Positions 30,558 through 39,933 of a stretch of 64,000 nucleotides of DNA are shown here, piece by piece (the first letter of the stretch is position 1; every line of letters begins with the position of its first letter). The position numbers were made by a program, and so were the translations under genes. The notes under the pieces are model-generated. The model had not been told where the DNA came from. It did no database searches and saw only the letters and a list, made by a program, of their open reading frames with translations. Source of the stretch: Candidatus Dojkabacteria bacterium (GTDB lineage: Bacteria; Patescibacteriota; Dojkabacteria; J137); the NCBI GenBank assembly GCA_025993875.1, contig JAMQHH010000001.1, forward strand, positions 2,785 to 66,784, given 5' to 3'.

Positions 30558-31391
30558 ATGGATATATTTGGAATTTTGTTCTATCAGCCGGTTTATAACC
30601 TTTTGGTTATTTTTTATAGAGCGTTTTCGGAAAACCTTGGACTTTCTATTATACTAATTGCTTTAATTTCTAGGCTTATTTCGCTTCCCTTTACGCTAAA
30701 ACAGGCAAAGCTAATGGAATCGAGTAAAGAGATGAACGAAAGAATAAAAAAAATTAAGGAAAAGTACAAAAACGATAAGCAAAAACAGCAGGAAGAAATG
30801 GTAAAAATTCAGTCGGAATATTTACCCGCGCAGCTTTCGGGATGCCTGCCTTTAATAATTCAGTTTATCCTTTTAATTAATATTTATCACGTTATAAGCG
30901 ATATAATTTTAAAAGGTGTAACCAGCTTTAACAATGTAGCATACGGGTTTGTTCCCACTTTCAGCGAAGGATTTACATTAAACACAAAGTTTTTAAATAT
31001 TTTGGATTTAACAAAAACACCGGGGAACTCGGGATTAACTGGAATTGATGTTTTGCCTTATGTAGTAGTAATAGCTCTTGTTGCATTAACTCAGTTTTAT
31101 TCGATGAGGCTTTCCATGCCAAAATCGGCACCCGTAAAGAAAAAAGATGCAAACGAAAAGAGTATAAAGAATAAGGAGAACCCCGCAACTGAGGATTTTT
31201 CCGAGATTATGCAACAAACAAGCAAGAATATGGCAATAATGTTTCCGGTAATGATTGGGTTGTTATCTTTAAATTTTCCGGTTGGATTAAGTTTGTACTG
31301 GATTGCGCAAAGCACATTTGTTATAATTCAACAGCTTATTTTAAAGCGTAACAGAGATAGAAATTTATCTCCCGGTTTAGGTATTAAATAA
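30558..31391 (+). CDS. yidC: membrane protein insertase YidC (short Gram-positive/Oxa1-like form)
   Basis: ~277 aa with 5 TM helices and a conserved first helix (NLGLSIILIALISRLISLPFTLKQ). A charged loop is followed by a basic C-terminal tail. Confidence 0.8.
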   Translation: MDIFGILFYQPVYNLLVIFYRAFSENLGLSIILIALISRLISLPFTLKQAKLMESSKEMNERIKKIKEKYKNDKQKQQEEMVKIQSEYLPAQLSGCLPLIIQFILLINIYHVISDIILKGVTSFNNVAYGFVPTFSEGFTLNTKFLNILDLTKTPGNSGLTGIDVLPYVVVIALVALTQFYSMRLSMPKSAPVKKKDANEKSIKNKENPATEDFSEIMQQTSKNMAIMFPVMIGLLSLNFPVGLSLYWIAQSTFVIIQQLILKRNRDRNLSPGLGIK

Positions 31392-31404
31392 TTACAATAA
31401 ATCT

Positions 31405-32058
31405 ATGAAACTTTTAGCAAAAAAAAGAAATATAAAAGGAAAACAGGTTAGCGCATTAAGAAGGTCTTTAATTGTTCCGGCTTCGGTTTTTGGGCCCAAG
31501 AGAGAACCCGAGAATTTGGAGGTAGACGAAAAAGCCCTATACGCAATTTTTAAGGAAGCAGGATACAACAGGTTTTTTGACTTAGAGATAGAGGGAGCGG
31601 AAAAATCAAAAGTTTTAATAAAGGAGCTTCAAAGAAATCCTGTAACGGATAAAATTTTAAGTGTGGCTTTTTACCAGATTGCAGAAGATAGAAAAATTAC
31701 TGTTGAGGTTCCTATTCGATTTATTGGTGAATCTTTAGCAGTAAAACAGAACTTAGGATTTTTAATTGCACAGTACGATACAATAAAATTAAATTGTTTA
31801 CCTAAAGACTTGCCTTCCGAACTAGTAGTAGATTTAGCACCGCTCGAAAAACCAACAGATACAATTTTAGTATCCTCAATAACTCTTCCGGCAGAGGTTA
31901 CGCTCGATAGCAGCGTAGATCCGGAATCTGCTGTAGCATACATTGGTACAGCTCAAAAGGAAGAGGCATTGGAGGCTAAAGCTACCGAGGCAGCAACAGC
32001 TGCAGCAGAAGCAGCTCCGGCTGGAACAGATGAGGCAGCTGCCGAGAAAAAAGAGTAG
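31405..32058 (+). CDS. rplY: 50S ribosomal protein L25/general stress protein Ctc with Ala/Glu-rich tail
   Basis: The L25 N-terminal beta-barrel region is conserved, with a C-terminal Ctc-like extension. Confidence 0.75.
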   Translation: MKLLAKKRNIKGKQVSALRRSLIVPASVFGPKREPENLEVDEKALYAIFKEAGYNRFFDLEIEGAEKSKVLIKELQRNPVTDKILSVAFYQIAEDRKITVEVPIRFIGESLAVKQNLGFLIAQYDTIKLNCLPKDLPSELVVDLAPLEKPTDTILVSSITLPAEVTLDSSVDPESAVAYIGTAQKEEALEAKATEAATAAAEAAPAGTDEAAAEKKE

Positions 32059-32301
32059 AGTTTCAAAGATTTATAGGGCATTAATCTTAAAGCTAGTTAA
32101 TACTTCTCTGCTTGAGTGTGCAAGTTTATTGGGCAAAAACCACTATACGGCATAAATCATTTAACTTTGTAACCCAGCTATCCTATAACGCAGCGGATTA
32201 TAAATCTGTGCAAAACGTTAAATTATGCAGGTATAAGTGATCGAAACCACCTAAAAATTATCTTAATTCCCATTCTAAATAAAATAATATACAATAAGTA
32301 T

Positions 32302-33498
32302 ATGGATCCAACAGATAAAAATTCTGCGCAGGCAAATAAAAGCTTAAATATCTCCCCACTTGGTGCGGGGTACGATTCAACTTTGGAAATTGCCGAGTTA
32401 AGTGAAAGGGTAAAAAATTCAAATATTCCGGTTGATCTTAGAAGCAGAGCGGAAGCTATGATAATGCGCCTTGTTAAAATGACTCATCAAGGCAATTACT
32501 CTTCAGAATTTGAACCTGTTTCCGAATATATAAATTGGATAACGCAAATACCCTGGGAATTTGAATCCGAGGAAAATATAGATATCGAAAAAACAAAAGA
32601 GGAACTTGAACGGTATCATTACGGTTTAGAACCGGTAAAAACAAGATTATTGGAGTATCTTGCCGTATTAAAGCTTCAAAAGGAGATGCAGGTTCAAACA
32701 GCCGAAAAAGTGGCATCTGCTTCTACCGGATCTGCCGAGATGTCAAGGCTGCAGGGAAGTTCATCTCATGCGCCAATTCTATGTTTTGTGGGAATTCAGG
32801 GTGTAGGTAAAACTTCTATGGCAAAGTCAATCGCCAATGCTTTAAACCGTAAATTTGTCCGAATTGCTCTTGGAGGTTTAAGTTCGGCAACAGAACTTAG
32901 AGGTATACCAAAAGGAACAATAGGAGTTGCAGAACCTGGTCAAATAGTTAAATCACTTATAAGAACTAAGTCTATGAATCCTTTAATTTTACTCGATGAA
33001 ATAGATAAGGTAAGTAGCCAAACAGGTTTAAGAGCAGATGTAATGGCTGCCCTCCTGGAAATATTAGACCCCGAACAAAATTCCACCTTTATGGATAAAT
33101 ATATAGATTACCCAATAGATTTATCAAAATGCATGTTTATAACTACTGCAAATAATCTTGGCGGAATCTCCGCAGCACTTTTGGACAGACTGGAGGTTAT
33201 AAGGTTTGGGAGTTATACTGATAACGATAAAGTGATGATTGCTAAAAATTATTTGTTACCAAAAGTTAGAGAAGCAACAGGGATAACAAAAGAGCAATTG
33301 GATTTTGAAGACGATGTATGGCCACTGGTAATAAGACCTCTAGGTTTTGATGCTGGGGTAAGACAGCTCGAAAGAACACTAACTGAACTTGCAAGAAAGG
33401 TAGCATTACAGATAGTGAGGGGTGTTTTAAAAAGTGTTAAAATTACCAAAGATAATTTTAGACAATATATTCCGGAGGATATTGGAATATATAGTTAA
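32302..33498 (+). CDS. Lon-like AAA+ ATPase lacking LAN N-domain and S16 protease domain
   Basis: Aligns by eye to the E. coli Lon segment from the helical N-region (YINWITQIPWEF ~ YIDWMVQVPW; YHYGLEPVKTRLLEYLAV) through the whole AAA+ module (ILCFVGIQGVGKTSMAKSIA; LLDEIDK; ITTANN; LLDRLEVI). It stops before the protease domain, and the next gene is on the opposite strand. Confidence 0.7.
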   Translation: MDPTDKNSAQANKSLNISPLGAGYDSTLEIAELSERVKNSNIPVDLRSRAEAMIMRLVKMTHQGNYSSEFEPVSEYINWITQIPWEFESEENIDIEKTKEELERYHYGLEPVKTRLLEYLAVLKLQKEMQVQTAEKVASASTGSAEMSRLQGSSSHAPILCFVGIQGVGKTSMAKSIANALNRKFVRIALGGLSSATELRGIPKGTIGVAEPGQIVKSLIRTKSMNPLILLDEIDKVSSQTGLRADVMAALLEILDPEQNSTFMDKYIDYPIDLSKCMFITTANNLGGISAALLDRLEVIRFGSYTDNDKVMIAKNYLLPKVREATGITKEQLDFEDDVWPLVIRPLGFDAGVRQLERTLTELARKVALQIVRGVLKSVKITKDNFRQYIPEDIGIYS

Positions 33499-33512
33499 AG
33501 AGAAAATAACAC

Positions 33513-34064
33513 CTATTCCCCTCTAAACTCCTTATAATCTTTATCTTTTTTAATAAGCTGCTCAATTGCACCTCGTACAATCTGTGCTTTATGCATTCTT
33601 TTATGCTGGGAAGACCAGTCTAAATATCTTTCCATCTCTGCAGGTAATATTAAAATAAACTTGGAATCAAGCTTAGATGTAGCAACCTTTAATGCCTCTA
33701 AAATTTTTGCCTCGAGATTTTTTGTGGTATATAGAACCGAAACAACATTTTTGTTGCCACTAAATTGATTTGGAATCGAACTACTGTCTATTTTTTCGAG
33801 GGAAAATAGCACAACAATCTTTTTTTCGTCTAAAGCTCTTGCAATTTCAAATCCCGACTTAAAATCCGAAATTGAACACTCGACCACTAAAATATCCGTT
33901 TCCTTTATTAATTTTTCAATTTTATCGTGAGACTTAGCAGAGGGCTTTTCGATAGCTGTGTCGTTTAAATTGTGCCCAACCTTTTTTAATAAAGAAAATT
34001 TTTCAACAAATTTTTTGAAACTTTGGTCTTTGCTGTTTAATGGGGAAGAGATTAGAATCTTCAT
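33513..34064 (-). CDS. hypothetical protein; possible nucleoside-2-deoxyribosyltransferase/LOG-like Rossmann domain fused to C-terminal ribbon-helix-helix
   Basis: ILVVECSISDFKSGFEIARALDEKKIVVLF resembles the NDT-family D.GT.FE.G.A...KP block. The C-terminal FILILPAEMERYLDWSSQHKRMHKAQIVRGAIEQLI has an RHH-like beta-alpha-alpha pattern. Weak evidence. Confidence 0.35.
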   Translation of the reverse strand: MKILISSPLNSKDQSFKKFVEKFSLLKKVGHNLNDTAIEKPSAKSHDKIEKLIKETDILVVECSISDFKSGFEIARALDEKKIVVLFSLEKIDSSSIPNQFSGNKNVVSVLYTTKNLEAKILEALKVATSKLDSKFILILPAEMERYLDWSSQHKRMHKAQIVRGAIEQLIKKDKDYKEFRGE

Positions 34065-34194
34065 AGGACAAAAAAATTTAAATATTTATATACGGATTAT
34101 ATCATTCACCTTTATGCCCCGCAAATTACTAAAAAACTGGATATACCCCGAGATTTTTTGTATATTAAATTAGTCAATATAAATTAATACCCTT

Positions 34195-35424
34195 ATGCTT
34201 AATTTTTTTAAAAAGAAAAATTTTCCTCTTCCGGTATCTGCAGAGGAATTATTTTTGGCAATAGATATTGGTACAGAGTATGTAAAGGTAGCTGTTTATA
34301 GGCTGGATGGAATGGAAGTTGAAGTTATAGGCTACGCCAGAAGAAAACAGATGGAGAGCACAATGTATGCTGCATATATTGTAAATTTAAAGGAGGCCAA
34401 AGATACAGTAGATAAATGCATAGGAGATGCAGTTTTAATGGCAAGAGAGGTTGTTTCAGAAGATAATTTTAGTTTGCCAAAACAGGCAATTATCGGAATC
34501 GCCGGTGAACTTGTTCAGGGAGTTACAGTGGTTGTTAATCTCGAAAGAAACGCTCCCGATACTCCTATTAATCAATCAGAGATAGATTCGATTATCGCAA
34601 AACTTAAAAAACAGACTTTCGAAAGTACAAAAGAAGAGATATCTCAAGAAATAGGACTTAAGCCTAATCAAATTGACGAAATTGATACTTATATCAATAG
34701 CGTATATGTCGACGGAGTTAGAGTCTTAAATCCTCTGGGATATGTAGGAAGCGAGATGGTTTATAATATGTATTCCACCTTTGCACCAAAACTGCATATA
34801 AATAGTGTAAAGCAGCTTGCAGAACAGCTTAATTTATCTATTTTAAAGCTGGTAGTAGAGCCTTATGCTTTATCCCTTGCTTTAAAAGATATTAGAGACA
34901 AAAATGCGAGCTCAATTCTTTTAGATATAGGAGGCGGCACAACTGATGTTGCACTTGTTCATAACGGTGATTTGGCAGGTACAAAAATGTTTGCTATTGG
35001 AGGAAGGGTATTTACAAAAAGCATTCAAAAATATTTAAATCTCGATTTTGATCAGGCCGAACAGATAAAATTAGATTATTCAAACAATAAAGTTGATTCA
35101 GAAAGAAAAAGAGAGGTTTCTACAATAATCGGAAACTCCACAAAGATCTGGCTGGATGGTGTTGAGATAGCGTTATCCGACTTTGACGATGTTACAACTT
35201 TCCCTGCAAAATTTTTGGTTTGTGGAGGGGGTGCATTATTACCCGATATTCAAGAGGGGCTAATTTCTTATCCATGGCAAAACTATCTGCCTTTTCCTAA
35301 ACATCCGAAAGTAGATTTTATTTTTCCTAATCATATAACTAAATTAACCGATAAAACCAGAACTGCAACATTGCCTATGGATGTAACACCATTGGCTTTG
35401 GCTCGAATGCATCTGGAAATTTAA
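34195..35424 (+). CDS. actin-like ATPase of the FtsA/PilM family (second copy; PilM-like)
   Basis: LFLAIDIGTEYVKVAVY phosphate-1 and ILLDIGGGTTDVALV phosphate-2 motifs. The short basic N-terminal leader resembles PilM. Distinct from the ftsA at 5213. Confidence 0.65.
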   Translation: MLNFFKKKNFPLPVSAEELFLAIDIGTEYVKVAVYRLDGMEVEVIGYARRKQMESTMYAAYIVNLKEAKDTVDKCIGDAVLMAREVVSEDNFSLPKQAIIGIAGELVQGVTVVVNLERNAPDTPINQSEIDSIIAKLKKQTFESTKEEISQEIGLKPNQIDEIDTYINSVYVDGVRVLNPLGYVGSEMVYNMYSTFAPKLHINSVKQLAEQLNLSILKLVVEPYALSLALKDIRDKNASSILLDIGGGTTDVALVHNGDLAGTKMFAIGGRVFTKSIQKYLNLDFDQAEQIKLDYSNNKVDSERKREVSTIIGNSTKIWLDGVEIALSDFDDVTTFPAKFLVCGGGALLPDIQEGLISYPWQNYLPFPKHPKVDFIFPNHITKLTDKTRTATLPMDVTPLALARMHLEI

Positions 35425-35429
35425 AACAT

Positions 35430-37406
35430 ATGTCAGTAGTTTTAACAGATAAAATATTTGTAGACCCAAACGATGAAGTTCTTTTTGTAATTGATGCCGT
35501 AAATTCGAAAGAACGGGATAAAGTAATAATTATTATTCCGGAGAACGCATTAATTTTAAGCAGTTTTATAACTTTAAAAATTCTTTATAGAGAAATTATC
35601 AGGTCCAAAAAGATTGTTATAGTGGTAACTGAAGACTCGTTTGGGTTGAATATTGCTCAAAAAGCTGGCTTTGTCGCAGTGCAAAAAGTTTCTCAAATAA
35701 CCGAAGAGCTTTGGGATATAGCGTTTAGTAAAAAAATTAAGGCGCAGGATTTTTTAAGAAACAAAAATAAAAATATCGGTACACCTAGCGAAGACCCTAA
35801 CCTAAAAGAGACACAAGATCGATCTTTTGTTTCGTTACCCACAGAAAAAACCGAAGAGTTGCCACAAGAGATAACAAAACAAGTGAAAGATGAGCAAGAA
35901 GTATCGGATACTAATAAATTTAAGGTCCTACCTAAAAAAATTATAAATATAAATGGGATAGAAGTAATGGTGGGAGGAGATATCGCTTTGTTATCAAATT
36001 CTGCCGAACATGATAAAATAGAGAAAGAGTACGTCGACAGAAATTTTATGAACAAACAGGAGACTGATAAAGTAAGCTCTGGTAAGTTTACCGGGAGGGA
36101 TTTTACAAAAATCGTTAAAAAAGAAAACTTTTGGACAAGATTAAAAAAAGGAAGAAGACCAAATAGAGCAGCTATTTTGGATCCGGATGCTTTGTTTAAC
36201 AAAAGGCAGCAGCGCCAAAAAATATTAAGTAGAATAGGAATAATCTTGGTGGTTGTGTTGGGCGGCGTTTTTACTGCCTGGTTTTTAATTGATAACTATT
36301 CTTCAGTAGATATTCATGCTACCGTAAAGCCTGAAGGTGTAAAAGAGCTTGCTCCGGTGCAAATAACAGGAAGTATATTCGAAACACAACTAAATTTAGA
36401 AGAAAAAATAATACCTGTTGTTGAATATACAGTCGAAAACGTAAGTGCTTCTCGTACAGGTGATGCAACCGGGCAGGGCACAAGAGGCACAAAAGCTCGT
36501 GGTCTTGTTACTATTTATAATACATATACAGAACCAGATCCACAGCCGATTTCTTTACCTGCTGGCACTAAAATAACTAATATCGGCTCTAATTTGGTGT
36601 TTGTTTTATTATCTGATCTTGTGCTGGATGCTCCGGTAAAAGACGGATCGGGTATTTACAACACTCCGTTAATTGAAGATATCGAGGTAGAGGCTTTTGA
36701 AATTGGAGAAAAGTACAATCTTCTTGGAGAAGGTGCATCAAATAACTTTTTGGTAGATGGCTACGAATCTTCTAAAATTAGGGTAACTAAATTTACCCCA
36801 TTTGCAGGAGGAACTTCCGAAAGCTTTGTCTCTGTTTCTAAAGAAAATATCGACAATTTAAAGAAAACTTTTTACGAGGACTTAAAAAAACAAGCTGAAT
36901 CTAGAATCGTTAATCTTATCCCACAGGGTTTTACTTTGTTGGAAGGAAGTATTTTAATAAGCGATGAAAAAATTGAATCCTCCCCAAAGGAGTCAGAGGA
37001 GGCTCCCGATAAGACTTTTAACTTAAACCTTTCGCTAAAAGCCAGAGGATATGCCGTAAGAACAGACTATATAAATTCTATGGCAAGATCTTTACTACTC
37101 TTAACGAAAAGTGATAAAGATAATATCGATATCGAAGAGATAAAAGAAGCAAATATTACTTTTGTCTCAGAAGCTGATAACAAGATTTTAATCTCACTGG
37201 CTTCTAAGGGATCTTTTAAAAACATTGTTGATAAAGATATGCTAAAAAATTCGATTGTTAACAAGTCTTTTGAAGAGGCTAAAGCGATTTTAAAGGGGAA
37301 CCCAGATTTATCGGATGTTAGAATCATATATACGCCATTCTTTGTACCTCAGTTTCTTCAACGTATTCCCTGGTCGGTAAATAGAATTACGGTTACATTA
37401 AACTAA
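35430..37406 (+). CDS. bitopic membrane protein (cytoplasmic N-domain, one TM, ~370-aa extracytoplasmic domain), hypothetical
   Basis: Lies 5 nt downstream of the PilM-like gene. Has a single hydrophobic helix (IGIILVVVLGGVFTAWFLI) around residue 265. Confidence 0.5.
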   Translation: MSVVLTDKIFVDPNDEVLFVIDAVNSKERDKVIIIIPENALILSSFITLKILYREIIRSKKIVIVVTEDSFGLNIAQKAGFVAVQKVSQITEELWDIAFSKKIKAQDFLRNKNKNIGTPSEDPNLKETQDRSFVSLPTEKTEELPQEITKQVKDEQEVSDTNKFKVLPKKIININGIEVMVGGDIALLSNSAEHDKIEKEYVDRNFMNKQETDKVSSGKFTGRDFTKIVKKENFWTRLKKGRRPNRAAILDPDALFNKRQQRQKILSRIGIILVVVLGGVFTAWFLIDNYSSVDIHATVKPEGVKELAPVQITGSIFETQLNLEEKIIPVVEYTVENVSASRTGDATGQGTRGTKARGLVTIYNTYTEPDPQPISLPAGTKITNIGSNLVFVLLSDLVLDAPVKDGSGIYNTPLIEDIEVEAFEIGEKYNLLGEGASNNFLVDGYESSKIRVTKFTPFAGGTSESFVSVSKENIDNLKKTFYEDLKKQAESRIVNLIPQGFTLLEGSILISDEKIESSPKESEEAPDKTFNLNLSLKARGYAVRTDYINSMARSLLLLTKSDKDNIDIEEIKEANITFVSEADNKILISLASKGSFKNIVDKDMLKNSIVNKSFEEAKAILKGNPDLSDVRIIYTPFFVPQFLQRIPWSVNRITVTLN

Positions 37407-37498
37407 CACTACTTGACAATAAATTTCTCAAACTGATAATATTAGCAACAGCAACTACTAGCTGCTAATTTTTACATTATTTTATTATTTTTAAGCTT

Positions 37499-37813
37499 AT
37501 GGCAAAGCAATCGTTAAAGCTAAAACCAGTAGGTGAATATATTCTGGTAAAGCCTCTGGAACAAGAGGAAAAGACAGCCTCGGGCTTAATTCTGCAAACT
37601 TCGGGTAAGGGAGAAAGACCTCAAAAAGGTGAAATAGTAGCACTAGGTACGGGGAAGAAAGACGACAATGGAAAAGTTATCCCATTTAGCGAGGGGATTA
37701 ACCCTGGTACAAAAATAATATTTAAAAAGTACTCTCCCGAGGAGATAGAGATAGATAGTCAAAAATATCTTTTAATGAAGGAGACAGACATTTTAGCCGT
37801 CTTGGCAGATTAA
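37499..37813 (+). CDS. groES: co-chaperonin GroES
   Basis: LKPVGEYILVKP...TASGLIL...GEIVALGTG. ~100 aa, upstream of groEL. Confidence 0.9.
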   Translation: MAKQSLKLKPVGEYILVKPLEQEEKTASGLILQTSGKGERPQKGEIVALGTGKKDDNGKVIPFSEGINPGTKIIFKKYSPEEIEIDSQKYLLMKETDILAVLAD

Positions 37814-39478
<1,665 letters not shown>

Positions 39479-39498
39479 AAAATTGCTCAAAAGAGTGT

Positions 39499-39530
39499 AA
39501 AAATCCCGCCTTTGGCGGGATTTTTATTTT
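39499..39530 (+). terminator. rho-independent terminator after groEL
   Basis: Stem AAAAATCCCGCC / GGCGGGATTTTT with a TTTG loop, followed by a T-run. Confidence 0.7.
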
Positions 39531-39570
39531 GTTCTTTAAATATATTGTGTATACTTTTTTTATCTAAGGA

Positions 39571-39933
39571 TTGCACAAAAAATTTATGAGAATAATAATA
39601 GTAAACTATTTTACCTGGTGGTATTTGTTTGTTGTAAAAAAAGCTTTTACAACTTTAGTTTTTAACCCCTTTGTTTTTTCACTCTATAAAACGAAGACAT
39701 TGCCTATGCTTAAAAATTTTTCTGTCCCTTTATTTAGAAGTACAGAGTGGGGTGGAAAATATTTTAGCTTTTTTATTAGGTCTTGTTGGATAATTTTGGG
39801 AACCGCCATTTCATTTTTAAAAGTTATTCCGGGGTTATTTTTTTGGCTGGCAATAACTTTCGTTCCAGTTTTGATCTGGTTGCAGGTTATAAATTTTTTG
39901 ATTATTAATATCAATGGAGCTACTAAAAGATAA
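39571..39933 (+). CDS. small multi-TM membrane protein, hypothetical
   Basis: 120-aa ORF with ~3 hydrophobic helices. Overlaps the start of the Clp ATPase gene. Confidence 0.35.
   Translation: MHKKFMRIIIVNYFTWWYLFVVKKAFTTLVFNPFVFSLYKTKTLPMLKNFSVPLFRSTEWGGKYFSFFIRSCWIILGTAISFLKVIPGLFFWLAITFVPVLIWLQVINFLIININGATKR

Noticed and set aside
31943-32155. ORF overlapping the Ala/Glu-rich tail of rplY in another frame.
   Set aside because: Gln/Lys/Leu-rich frame artefact of the repetitive GCAGC/GAGGC-rich tail sequence.
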